DNA of 57,821 nt from Octopus sinensis (GCF_006345805.1 NW_021833652.1:1-57821); one strand, 5' to 3'; shown: positions 1-11,571, counted from the stretch's first letter. Program-made: numbers and translations. Notes: generated by a model not told the origin, from the sequence alone.

Positions 1-731
1 ATAGAGGGGGGAGTTTTGTCATTGTATGGGTGTAGGTTTCATTTGTGATGGTGGTTTGTTGGTGATTTTTAATATGTTCTGTATATTTGGGTTAGTTATG
101 TATTATTCTAGTGTGTATAATTGTATACATATGATTGGTGTGAGTGGGATTACACCCATTTTTGGGGATGTATGTGTTTATTTGTCCGTATAGGGCGGGA
201 GTGGCCGTTTGGTGTATATGTTGAGGCTCACATGCAATTCCAGGTACGCGCGAATGAAGTGGGCACTTATATTTGTTATGGGTGTGTATACTTTATTATA
301 ACAGACAATACCCAAATAAAATCTGTCAATTCAACATACCAAATAAAAAACAAAAAACAAAGGGATCGTAAACATTCACATATACATACAAAACTCAATA
401 AAAACACCACTAAATAACACCCATCAACATATAAATATATCCTCCAAAATACATATAACAAATGCATAATAAAAATACATAATAAAATAAAATAAAAATA
501 AAAAAAATAAAAAATATATAAATAAAGAAAATAAAAAAATCTAATATAAATTATTAAAGTTTTAACATACCATAAACTGTTATATTAATATACATTAAAA
601 ATGAACTAATTAAAACAAAGAAATATCAATAAAGACTAACTATAATTAAAGCCTAGACTACATAACCAAAAAATATATTATCTAAACTAATTTAAACTAA
701 ACTAAAGTAACCTAATAGGGAACTATTATTG

Positions 732-1109
732 CTATTTATCATGAAACTTATTATATTGGTAAAGTAACTTATGTCTGCATTTTATTTTGCGCTCTTCACC
801 GGTATTAAGTAAATTATCATACTTATGAAATAAAATTTCTTTAAACTCATTAGAGCATAAATAACAACAATTAGCTCCTATAGTATATGATTTAGTTTTA
901 CAAATTATTTCCCAAATTAAACTATAATTAATATTTAGTGATTTAAGACTAAGTCCGGTTGAGTTGATTAAGTTTTTATTTTTAAAAGAATTCATATGTT
1001 GTGCGATTCTTAGTTTTATTTTTGAGGAAGTAGAACCTATATAAACCGCTTTTGGGTAATTATTATTCTTAAAGTTATTATCATGTAATGTAACTATACA
1101 TTTATACAC
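732..1109 (-). pseudogene. GIY-YIG endonuclease domain of PLE #1
   Basis: ORF track: YKCIV..YIGSTSSKIKLRIAQHMNSFK..WEII..CYLCSNE..LLN..E..CRH. Confidence 0.88.
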
Positions 1110-2660
1110 TACATCGTTAATATCACAATTATTATTTAATATACAATTAGATTTATCTCTACATGTACAATTAATATAAGTCTTATCATTATTAATATTA
1201 TTATCAAATAATTTCTTTTTATAAAATTATTCAGTTTATATTTATTAAATGAAGAAATAATGTTACCAACATTATTAGTGGTAGAATAACCAACTCCAAA
1301 ATTATTAAAGAGAAAATGTTTCTATATTTACGATTATCTCTAATAAATAGTTCTATAACATCTAAAATATCTTTAATAATATTCGTTTTTACTTGATCTC
1401 CATAAGGAACTATTAACCATATTTTATTCTTAATAACCTTATTATTATTATCATTATTATAAATATATTTATAATTCTTTATTTTATTAAAATTATTATC
1501 AAATTATATCTATGTACAGCATTTAAGGAATTATTAATATTATTAATTTTATCAATATAATTATTATAATAATTATTAAATTTATTTTTTTTTTATTATT
1601 CTTTATTTATTATTATTATTATATTTATTATTATTATTATTATTCTTATTTATATTTTTATCATTTTTATTATTTTTTTTTTTAATATCTATTATTTTTA
1701 CCACTAAACCTAACAAAATTATAATTATTATTAGAAGTATCTCGAAAATTATCAATTAAATCTTTATCACTAATATTATAAAATTTAATATTCCTATTAT
1801 AACCTGCCCCTCTAAGGGCCTCATTATAATAATTAGCATGTTTATTAAAAATCTCTATATCATAAGAGTAATGAAATACGTTTACTTATATTATTAATCA
1901 ACGATTTTAATAGAAAATGGGTGATTACTATTAACATTTATATATCTAAGGTTCTCATTAAGTTATGATATGGTTGTGTTTTACCTGTAATAAGATTAAA
2001 ATTAACATCTAAATAATTAACATTATAATTCTCCTTATATATAGTAATACTTAAACCATATCTTTTAAAGAAACTATATAGTTTTTTCTTATATACTTCT
2101 AGATTCCTATTAGTACAATTCTTTGTAACTAGTAGAAGATCGTCTCTATATAAACCACCCTCTATCTTAAGATTTTCTAATTGGAGTTCAGATAAAAGAA
2201 AATACCTACTAAATCAGTAGCCTGTGCAGAATCTGGTGCTCCCATAGGTATATCAAAACAATCTCTAGTATCATTCCTAGCCATAATTTATTTTTATATT
2301 TAATTAGCGATTTCCTAGCCATTTTAATTACATTAACTTCTTCCCGTGACATACCCACTTTATTCATTGCGAAAATAAGCGCTTTATTAAACACAATTTC
2401 ATTAATAGAAGAATAATAATTATCTATATCTATTTGAATAAATTTATAACGATTTTTATCTTTAATATTATTAAACCATTTCAATGTATTATTATTAGAG
2501 GTTTTTTTGACTATTTATTAAAATTTTATGTATTGATTAAGTCTTTCCTTGTTTGTTTTGCAAAATAGTGGTTTTGTCTCTAATGATATTTTATAATATT
2601 TTACTATAAAATTGGATTTAATCCTAAATCTGATTTTTTCCCTGTAAATTTGGATTTATT
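732..2660 (-). mobile_element. Penelope-like element #1 (RT + C-terminal GIY-YIG), frameshifted, very AT-rich
   Basis: Manual minus-strand translation across frameshifts gives FIQIDIDNYYSSI, FDIPMGAPDSAQATDLVG, GGLYRDDLLL, VNYLDVNFNLITG, YINVNSNHP, a CTCRDKSNC linker and VYKCIV...VYIGST...RIAQH. Ends are approximate. Confidence 0.9.
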
Positions 2661-2667
2661 CCCTAAT

Positions 2668-2840
<173 letters not shown>

Positions 2841-3782
2841 ATGACCTAAGAAGCACCAGTTGTGGTGTGCAAGAGAGACGATTGCGTTGGTATGGTCATG
2901 TGGCGAGAATGGATGAAGATAGTTGTGTGAAAAAGTGCCACACCCTAGCGGTTGAGGGAACCTGTGGAAGAGGCAAACCCAGGAAAACCTGGGACGAGGT
3001 GGTGAAGCACGACCTTCGAACTTTAGGTCTCACTGAGGAAATGACTAGAGACCGAGTCCTCTGGAAGTGTGCTGTGCGCGAGAAGACCCGGCAGGACAAG
3101 TGAGTCCATACCCGTGGCCTTCTACTTGGGATGGAGCCAGCCTACGTATGCATACCTTCCCTTCTTGGGACACAAAACTCTACTTGTGAAGACCTGTTGA
3201 GGCAAGTGAGGATCAGAATCGAAATCGATCAATGGAAATTGCAGATGTGTTACCAGTGCCGGTGGCATGTCGATACTCTACTTGTGAAGACCCGTTGAGG
3301 CAAGTGAGGATCAGAAATGGAAATCGATCAATGGAAATTGCAGATGTGTTACTAGTGCCGGTGGCATGTCGAAACTCTACATGTGAAGACCCGTTGAAGC
3401 GAAGTGAGGATCAGAATGGAAATCGATCAATGGAAATTGCAGATGTGTTACCAGTGCCGGTGGTATGTAAGAGAACCTTCCATTTCGCGACCGTTGCCAG
3501 CACCGCCCTGTTTCGTGTCCGTTGCCAGCCTCGCCTGGCCCTTGTGCCGGTGGCACATAAAAAGCACCATCCGTTCGTGGCCGTTTGCCAGCTCTGTCGG
3601 CACGTAAAAAGCACCCACTACACTCACGGAGTGGTTGGCGTTAGGAAGGGCATCCAGCCGTAGAAACACTGCCAGATTTGACTGGGCCTGATGAAGCCTT
3701 CTGGCTTCACAGACCCCAGTAGAACCATCCAACCCATGCTAGCATGGAAAACGGACGCTAAACGACGACGATGATGATGATG
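2841..3782 (+). mobile_element. RTE-clade LINE 3' end (ORF C-terminus + 3' UTR with (GAC/GAT)n tail)
   Basis: QERRLRWYGHVARM...GRGKPRKTWDEVV...; the UTR block ggttggcgttaggaagggcatccagc...catgctagcatggaa recurs in other copies in the window. Confidence 0.9.
3178..3470 (+). repeat. Tandem repeat, about 3 x 98-99 bp, in RTE 3' UTR
   Basis: ctctac(t/a)tgtgaagacc starts at about 3178, 3276 and 3375. Confidence 0.9.
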
Positions 3783-3792
3783 ATATATATAC

Positions 3793-4092
3793 ATGGACAA
3801 ACCATCAACACAAGGAAAAGGGATGGACCACGCACCACTTGCCCCAAAGCGGAGGTACGCAGATGTTGTGCGTGCCACAAACCACCAACATGATTTTGTC
3901 GAAAGGGCAGCTGCTGAGCAACAATCTTTTTTGTGCATGGCACAAAAGATTGTACAGCAGCTGACCTGGCTTCATCAAACCCAAGCCCGCAGGTGGGACT
4001 ACCCACTATATACCAGACCACCACCACAGCAAACAGACCCAGGATGGGCACCACCGGCAACAGCGTACACCTCACCTCGATGCTCCTACTGA
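3793..4092 (+). pseudogene. Probable C-terminal fragment of LINE ORF1, overlapping the ORF2 start
   Basis: 99-aa ORF directly upstream of and overlapping ORF2; assigned by position only. Confidence 0.5.
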
Positions 4093-7040
4093 ACATCAGA
4101 GGACTGCAAACACTCAGTAACAGGACAAAAATCCCGTTCCTGAGAGATTTTGTTGCATGCAATCAAGCCTTATGCATAGCACTAACGGAAACGCACCTGA
4201 AACCGGATATAGCAGATGCGGAGTTACACATACCACAGTATGCTGTACTACGGACCGACAGGAAAGAAAGGAGTCATGGAGGTGTTGCTATGTACATCCG
4301 TGAGGACCTCACACCCCAGGTCCTCTTGTCATACTCAAACTCGGTGTGTGACACACTAATTGTACATATTAGGCAACTTGATGTAGTTGTGTGTGCTACA
4401 TATCGCCCTCCAGATGCCCCAAGCCATGTGGGCAAGTTTGAAGATTGCCTTATAAAAATAGAAGAAGTTCTAACCACATTAGAACAACACATAAGTGTAC
4501 TTCTTATGGGAGACTTCAATCTGCCAAATGTCAGATGGCCCGAGGGCCTTTCTCTCCCAGGAATGACAAGATGTGAACGAGGACAGGCGAGGTCCCTCCT
4601 GAACCTCATCAACACCCTGTACATGGAGCAGGTAATACTCCAACCAACCAGGGCAGGTAACGCACTGGATCTCTGCTTCACAAATGACATGGATCTCATC
4701 CATAATGTGAAAGTGAAACCGACACTACTCTCGGATCACAACATGATAGAGCTGACCATGTACGGGCCAAAAGAGAGCACGGACATGCAGCCTACAAGAA
4801 ACCCCCAGAATCTTTCCAGCTTGAACTACCATAAGGCAAACTGGAAACAAGTTGAGAAAGAGATCCTCAAACAAAACTGGCCTAAATGTCTTACCTCGCC
4901 AGACATCGATGTGAAACTTCAACAATTCATGTCTGTAATGCAAGCCATATGCTACAAATATGTCCCAGAGAGAAAGGCCACTGTACACAAGAACAAAATC
5001 CCTAGAGAGAGGAAAATTCTAATGAGACGGCGTACAAAATTTTCAAATCGCCTAAACAAACAGATTGAAAGCAGTGAAAAGTCCCGCCTAAAAATAAAAC
5101 TGTTGGAAATCGAAAAATGTCTGAAACTCTCCCATGAAAAGGAAAGAGCAGACAAAGAAGCCTGGGCTATAGACAACATAAAATCTAACCCCAGAGCTTT
5201 CTACAGGTATGCCAAAGAAACAGCTACGGTGCACTGTAGAATAGGGCCACTCCTCGAAAAGGATGGCACACTTACAGGAAAACCAATGAGGGTAAGTGAA
5301 ATACTGAATGAGCAATTCAAGAGTGTTTTCACTCCACCCCTTGGGCATCTCCAAATCACCAATCCAACTGACTTTTTTACCACTGCAGATATAAAATCAG
5401 AGGCGGCGACGATAGATTACATCGATATAAAGGAAGACGATGTAATCAAGGCTATAGATGAAATGAAAACAGACTCAGCTACTGGCCCCGATGGATTCCC
5501 GGCAATCCTCCTAAAAGCATGTAAGAGAGTCCTAGCAAGACCACTGCAGTTCCTCTTTCAGAGCTTCCTTGCAGCTGGCAAACTTCCAAGAAAACTAAAG
5601 GAAGGTAAAATATGCCTTATTCATAAAGGAGGTAGCAGAGCGGAAGCCAAGAACTATAGACCTATCTCTCTGACCTCACACATCAGCAAGGTCATGGAAC
5701 GAATAGTCAGAAGGAAGCTGATCACCTTCCTTGAAGAAAATGACTTGCTGCCCGACACCCAACATGGTTTCCGACCAGGGAGAAGCTGTTTAACTCAGCT
5801 CCTACAACACTATGACTGGGTGCTGAAACGGCTGCTCAACCACTCAAATGTGGAAGTGATATATCTCGACTTTGCAAAGGCCTTTGATAAAGTCGATCAT
5901 GGAATGATATGTCACAAACTGCGTGATCTCAACGTAGTTGGAAAACTGGGAGAATGGCTTCATGACTTTCTGAAAGATAGAAGTCAGGTGGTAGTGGCCA
6001 ATGGGGCCACTTCCATTAACACGCAAATAGTGAGCGGTGTTCTGCAGGGCACTGTTCTGGGACCACTACTGTTCATAATGGCCCTCTCAGACATGCCCTC
6101 AGCCACGCAGAGAGCCACGATCACAAGTTATGCAGATGATACAAAAGTTTCACAGGCAATACAGAACCCTGAGGACACAAAACACCTGCAATGTGAGCTA
6201 GACAAAATATACAAGTGGGCCGAAAAGAATAGCATGCAGTTCAATGCTGAAAAGTTTCAAGCTCTATACTATCAGCATGCAAAACTAAATGCAATACCCA
6301 ATGAATACACTGGACCCGGAGGAATAGCAATCCCAGAGGCACAACCAGTGCGTGACCTAGGTATTTACATGAGTGATGACGCGACCTTTCGTGTACATGT
6401 TGCTAAATTGGCAATGAAATGTAGACGACTGGCCGGATGGATCCTCAGAACCTTTAGAACAAGAGAACAAGAAACCATGATGGTCCTCTGGAGGACACTT
6501 GTCCTAAGCCACTTTGACTACTGCTCTCAGTTATGGTCACTATCCAGTGTCAAGTTGATCACAGAGCTCGAGGCGATCCAACGTAGCTACACGAAGAAGA
6601 TAGCCTCTATGCAGAATGTAAGCTACTGGGAAAGACTCAAGAAATTAAAATTATATTCCCTGGAGTGTAGGCGGGAAAGATATGCCATAATATACATCTG
6701 GAAGATCCTGGAGGGAAGTGTCCTGAACTTTGGCATCGAGAGTTACGCAAATGCCAGAACTGGGCGCCACTGCGTGGCGCCTAGGACTCCAAATTTGCCA
6801 TCAAGATGTAGGACAAGATTCTGTGATAGCCTGGGCTTCCGAGGCCCACAGCTCTTCAATATCCTCCCGAAGAACCTGAGAGACCCGCATGGGGTGGATA
6901 CAGATGTCTTTAAAATGAAGCTGGATCCCTTCCTGTCAGGTGTCCCAGATGAACCAACTTCACGGCAGGAGGGGCAGATGAGGGCAGCTGCATCGGACTC
7001 TCTCATGCACCAAATGGCAGTTGCTAGAAAGCCTTCATGA
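4044..7040 (+). CDS. LINE ORF2: AP endonuclease + reverse transcriptase (frame open from 3933; likely Met at 4044)
   Basis: APE motifs LLNIRGL, ALTETHL, YRPP, MGDFN, PTRAGNALDL, SDHN; RT motifs NYRPISLTS, QHGFR, YLDFAKAFDKV, QGTVLGPLLF, YADDTK. Confidence 0.93.
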   Translation: MGTTGNSVHLTSMLLLNIRGLQTLSNRTKIPFLRDFVACNQALCIALTETHLKPDIADAELHIPQYAVLRTDRKERSHGGVAMYIREDLTPQVLLSYSNSVCDTLIVHIRQLDVVVCATYRPPDAPSHVGKFEDCLIKIEEVLTTLEQHISVLLMGDFNLPNVRWPEGLSLPGMTRCERGQARSLLNLINTLYMEQVILQPTRAGNALDLCFTNDMDLIHNVKVKPTLLSDHNMIELTMYGPKESTDMQPTRNPQNLSSLNYHKANWKQVEKEILKQNWPKCLTSPDIDVKLQQFMSVMQAICYKYVPERKATVHKNKIPRERKILMRRRTKFSNRLNKQIESSEKSRLKIKLLEIEKCLKLSHEKERADKEAWAIDNIKSNPRAFYRYAKETATVHCRIGPLLEKDGTLTGKPMRVSEILNEQFKSVFTPPLGHLQITNPTDFFTTADIKSEAATIDYIDIKEDDVIKAIDEMKTDSATGPDGFPAILLKACKRVLARPLQFLFQSFLAAGKLPRKLKEGKICLIHKGGSRAEAKNYRPISLTSHISKVMERIVRRKLITFLEENDLLPDTQHGFRPGRSCLTQLLQHYDWVLKRLLNHSNVEVIYLDFAKAFDKVDHGMICHKLRDLNVVGKLGEWLHDFLKDRSQVVVANGATSINTQIVSGVLQGTVLGPLLFIMALSDMPSATQRATITSYADDTKVSQAIQNPEDTKHLQCELDKIYKWAEKNSMQFNAEKFQALYYQHAKLNAIPNEYTGPGGIAIPEAQPVRDLGIYMSDDATFRVHVAKLAMKCRRLAGWILRTFRTREQETMMVLWRTLVLSHFDYCSQLWSLSSVKLITELEAIQRSYTKKIASMQNVSYWERLKKLKLYSLECRRERYAIIYIWKILEGSVLNFGIESYANARTGRHCVAPRTPNLPSRCRTRFCDSLGFRGPQLFNILPKNLRDPHGVDTDVFKMKLDPFLSGVPDEPTSRQEGQMRAAASDSLMHQMAVARKPS

Positions 7041-7191
7041 AGTGAAACCAAGTAGCAACACCAAATGGCGGTGCCCCAGCATGGCCACAGCTCATAAGCT
7101 GAAACTGGAAAAATCAAAAATCAAAAAATCATATGTATGTATATATATATATATGTATGTATATATGTATGTATGTATATATGTATGTATA

Positions 7192-7670
7192 TCTCTTATT
7201 ATAAAAGGCAGATTTTATCTGCCTCCCTTTGGGAGTTATACAAATCTACAATATAGGATTTCTTCAATTACAATTTACCTTGCATTTTTAAGAGTACAAT
7301 GCATCGCGTCATGCCAGGTCCAGTTTTTAAAATTTAAACTCCAATTAAGCAAAATTTACAGAAAACTCAGATTCTGGTGTGTGTGTCAAATGCTTTTCTT
7401 AGTCTGGTTTACAGCACATGCAAACGCACACACACAGTGGGCAACGAATAAAATGAAAGTAATTGACTTACTGTAGTGAGTGATTCTTTCACTCTGCCTC
7501 CCACTTCCTCTTTCAACACATAGACACGCAAATATATAAATAAAATTGTAAGCTAACGTGCGTCTGTGTGTGTGGGTGTGCGCGTGTGTGTATGTGTGAG
7601 GGTGCGTGTGTGTGTGTGCGTGTGCGTGAGTGTGTGATAGGAAAGTTTTTTACGACGAATATAACACCTA
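7192..7670 (+). mobile_element. Non-autonomous Helitron-like element, 5' part (family B, copy 1)
   Basis: A|TCTCTTATTATAAAA start inside a TA tract; near-identical to 9854..10125; no CTAG 3' end found. Confidence 0.55.
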
Positions 7671-7687
7671 TATCCAAGTAGCAGAAA

Positions 7688-8165
7688 GATAAGACAGTAA
7701 GGTGTGATTTGAGGGAGATTTGGCTGCTATTTCTACCATGTCTAGCTGCCATGTAGGGGTCTCCCTCATAGGCTCATACATACATATATACATAGATAAG
7801 ACAGTAAGGTGTGATTTGGGGGAAATTTGGCTGCTATTTCTACCAGGTCTAGCTGCCATGTAGGGGTCTCCCTCATAGGCTCTACATACATATATACATA
7901 GATAAGACAGTAAGGTGTGATTTGGGGGAAATTTGGCTGCTATTTCTACCAGGTCTAGCTGCCATGTAGGGGTCTCCCTCATAGGCTCATACATACATAT
8001 ATACATAGATAAGACAGTAAGGTGTGATTTGGGGGAAATTTGGCTGCTATTTCTACCAGGTCTAGCTACCATGTAGAGGTCCCCCTCATTGGCTCATATA
8101 TATATACATAGATAAGACAGTAAGGTGTGATTTGAGGGAGATTTCGCTGCTGTTTCTACCAGGTC
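7688..8165. repeat. Tandem array, about 4.5 x 103-107 bp
   Basis: gataagacagtaaggtgtgattt starts at 7688, 7795, 7901, 8008 and 8111. Confidence 0.95.
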
Positions 8166-8240
8166 TGTTAGGCATTCTCATGTAAACTCAAGCTTTCTCA
8201 TGCCTTGAACATAAGACCAAAGCAGAGAATGTATTCTTTT

Positions 8241-8460
8241 ATTCTTCTGCTTTTTCCAGCCATTGGTCTGTGGCCATGCTGGGGCAATGCCTTGAAGAAT
8301 TGTAGTTTAATGAATCAACTCCAGTTTTATTTTTGTAAGCATTGTACTTCTATCTGTTTCCTTTGTCAAACCACTAGGTGACAGGGATGTAAACAAACCA
8401 ACATTCGTTGTCAAGCAGTGGTGGAGGACAAGCACAGACATGCACACACACACACATACA
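8241..8460 (-). mobile_element. SINE 3' half
   Basis: Reverse complement matches the 3' part of the SINE at 41305..41681, including the ccagcatggccacag tail. Confidence 0.8.
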
Positions 8461-8522
8461 TGCATACACATATACACACATACATACATACATACATATA
8501 TATATATGTGTGTATATATATA

Positions 8523-8845
8523 TTGCAGCCTGGAAGGTGTTTGTAAGCCATTTAAGAAACACACAAAAACCGTTACATTCACTTCAACATTTAAATTTAA
8601 TTTGCCAAAATATTTTCGTCGCTTTGAGACCGCGACCTGTTCACTGACAAAAATATCGTGCTAACAGGTCGCGGTCTCAAAGCGACGAAAATTTTTTGAC
8701 AAATTAAATTTAAATGTTGAAGTGAATCTAACGGTTTTTGTGTGTTTCTTAAATGGCTTATAAACACCTTCAACGCTGCAACTGTTTTCGTTCCAGCACA
8801 CGATCTCAGATCAAGTCACTTGCTATTCAAGTACATCTCTGTAAC
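8523..8845. mobile_element. Fold-back hammerhead element, family A copy 1
   Basis: Inverted arms about 8523..8640 and 8663..8781, plus unpaired tail 8782..8845; homologous to 29599..29949. Confidence 0.85.
8601..8651 (-). ncRNA. Candidate minimal type I hammerhead ribozyme, G3:C8 variant
   Basis: UUUGUCA-GUGAACA-G-GUCGC(ggucucaaa)GCGAC-GAAA-A-UA-U-UU-UGGCAAA. Confidence 0.7.
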
Positions 8846-8880
8846 TATATATATATTTATATATATATATATATGTATAT

Positions 8881-8943
8881 TGGGAAAAACAGTAAGATAA
8901 CAAAAGAAAGAAAGAGACCTCAATATTATGTAAATAGAGGAAA
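8881..8943 (-). mobile_element. Tail fragment of fold-back family B, cut by a Helitron
   Basis: Matches 15770..15820 (gagacctc(a/g)atattatgtaaatagagga). Confidence 0.7.
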
Positions 8944-9337
8944 TCTTTATATATAAAAGTGAGGTTGTGTGTCTGTCTCCTACGATTTAGATTCCTAACT
9001 ACTCCCACATTTTGCGGTGCAGTTTAACCAAAACCGGGTATCTTATAGTCGTGATTCATATCGAGACCGTCTGGGTATTAGCGCGCGTCTACGATGAGTC
9101 TACGATTTAAAAAAAAATTTACCATCAATTTTTCCCATTTTTAATCCATTTTTGACATATATAAGGAAGTAACTCTCTAAAATTTATTATTAAATCTCAG
9201 AACGTAAAAAGCTACAGTAACACCCCTCCCCCTTTGTGGTTAGCCATATTGAGATGGCTATTATACTTTACATCTCTAAAAATGCTTATATAATTATTTC
9301 CCTTACAAACCCGAGCAACGGCGGGCGATACTGCTAG
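8944..9337 (+). mobile_element. Non-autonomous Helitron (family A, copy 1)
   Basis: A|TC start, subterminal GC-rich hairpin cccg..cggg, CTAG|T end. Confidence 0.88.
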
Positions 9338-9853
9338 TATATATATATATGTATATATATATATGTATATATATATGTATGTATATATATATATCTGTAT
9401 ATATATATATATATGTGTATATATATATATGTGTATATATATATGTGTATATATATATGTGTATATATATATATGTGTATATATATATGTGTGTATATAT
9501 ATATGTGTGTATATATATATGTGTTATATATATATGTGTATATATATATATGTGTATATATATGTGTATATATATATATGTGTATATATGTATGTATATA
9601 TATATGTGTATATATATATGTGTATATATGTATATATATATATGTGTATATATATATGTGTATATATGTATATATATATATGTGTATATATATGTGTATA
9701 TATATATGTGTATATATGTAATATATATATGTATATGTATGTATATATATGTATGTGTATATATATATATATGTATATATATGTATGTGTATATATATGT
9801 ATGTGTATATATATGTATATATATGTATATGTATATATATGTATATGTATATA
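9338..9853. repeat. (TA)n/(TG) compound microsatellite
   Basis: Direct reading. Confidence 0.97.
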
Positions 9854-10125
9854 TCTCTTATTATAAAAGGCAGATTTTATCTGCCTCCATTTGGGAGTTA
9901 TAGAAATCTACAATATAGGATTTCTTCAATTATAATTTACCTAGCATTTTTGAGAGTAGAATGCATCGCGTCATGCCAGGTCCAGTTTTTAAAATTTAAA
10001 CTCCAATTAAGCAAAATTTACAGAAAACTCACATTCTGGTGTGTGTGTCAAATGCTTTTCTTAGTCTGATTTACACCACACGCAAACGCACACACACAGT
10101 GTGTAACGAATAAATGTATGGGAAG
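9854..10125 (+). mobile_element. Non-autonomous Helitron-like element, 5' part (family B, copy 2)
   Basis: Near-identical to 7192..7450. Confidence 0.55.
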
Positions 10126-10243
10126 ATAACAGTGAGTGAAAATGTTCTTGGAAGAGAGTAAATTAGCGACAGAGTGATTTGAGGAAGACTAAACTGAAAG
10201 TATGAAACAGTGTTTATGTATAAACAGACGACACTTATATAAA

Positions 10244-10570
10244 CCCTTTCGTTACCAAACCGCCCAAATTTACCTATTCATATTTAAATGAGAATATCAG
10301 AGTAAATCTCTTTAGTACATTCGTGAAAACACGTATTATACTTCGTAAACCCTTCAAATACAGTTTTGTACAAAAATCGAAGTGTAATTTTAATTCCGTG
10401 AATTATGGGAGGTTTTTTTCCGAAATTTGTTCCTATTATGTTTTCAAAATTTGTAATTCTGACAAAAAATGGATAAGAATTTCATTATATCAAGCAGCGA
10501 GTCAGAATTCGAAGGATTTTCTACTGAAGACCTTCATAAATCTAACTCTATGACTGAAAAAAAAAAAGCA
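10244..10570 (+). mobile_element. Left-end fragment of piggyBac-type MITE
   Basis: CCCTTTCGTTACC terminus and downstream match to 31922 onward. Confidence 0.8.
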
Positions 10571-10966
10571 TCTTTATATAAGAGTGAAGTTGTATGTCTG
10601 TCCCCTTCGATTTAGATTCGTAACTACTCCCACATTTTGCAGTGCAGTTTAACCAAAAGCGAGTATCTTATAGTCGTGATTTATATCGAGCCCTTGTGGG
10701 TATTAGCGCGCGTCTACGATGAGTCTACGATTTAAAAAAAATTTACCATCATATTTTTCCATTTTAATGCATTTTTTCGCTTTTATATAAGGGAAGTAAC
10801 TCTCTAAAAATATCTACAATGTGTCAACGATTTAAAAAAAAAATTTACCTTAATTTTTTTCAATTTTTATGTGCATTTTTTTGCTATTTTTTGGCTATAA
10901 CTCTCTAAAAATGCTTATATAGTTATTTCCCTTACAACGCCGAGCAACGCCGGGCGATACTGCTAG
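10571..10966 (+). mobile_element. Non-autonomous Helitron (family A, copy 2)
   Basis: A|TC...hairpin...CTAG|T; homologous to 8944..9337. Confidence 0.88.
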
Positions 10967-11460
10967 TATGTATATATATGTATATGTATGTATATGTATA
11001 TATATGTATATATATGTATATGTATGTATATGTATATATATGTATATCTATATATATGTATATATATGTATATCTATATATATGTATATATATGTATATG
11101 TATATCTATGTATATGTATATATATGTATATGTATATATATGTATATATATGTATATGTATATATATGTATATGTATATATATATGTATATGTATATATA
11201 TATATGTATATGTATATATATGTATATGTGTATGTATATGTGTATATATATGTAAATATATATATGTATATATATATGTATATATATGTATGTATATATA
11301 TGTATATATATGTATATGTATATATGTATATATATGTATATGTATATATGGATATGTATATGTATATATGTATATATATGTATATGTATATATGTATATG
11401 TATATATGTATATATATGTATATGTATATGTATATGTAAATATATATGTATATATATATA

Positions 11461-11495
<35 letters not shown>

Positions 11496-11571
11496 ATGTA
11501 TATGTATATGTATATATATATATGTATATATATGTATATGTATATGTATATATATATATGTATATATATGT

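Larger units (their letters stand above)
3790..7130 (+). mobile_element. CR1/L2-group LINE, 5'-truncated, with open ORF2
   Basis: APE + RT ORF, short 3' UTR with a stem-loop, (AAAAATC)n tail, TA-rich microsatellite flanks. Confidence 0.93.

Noticed and set aside
1-480. Inverted repeat between the GT-rich 1..300 and AC-rich 300..480 segments
   Set aside because: Only compositional complementarity; no alignable arm found by eye.
732-2484. Selenocysteine (in-frame TGA) recoding in PLE #1, reported for some Naiad-like PLEs
   Set aside because: In the frames I could reconstruct the breaks were indels, and no TGA aligned to a conserved Cys.
3688-3720. CTGATGA followed by a hairpin (hammerhead?)
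   Set aside because: No GAAA after the stem; other RTE copies read ctggtgca here, so it is a chance variant.
4274-7117. Antisense ORFs over the CR1 ORF2 (also over copy 2)
   Set aside because: Shadow frames of a real coding sequence with no recognisable motifs.
7688-8165. CRISPR-like regular repeats
   Set aside because: Units repeat in full with no unique spacers, no cas genes are present, and the context is eukaryotic.
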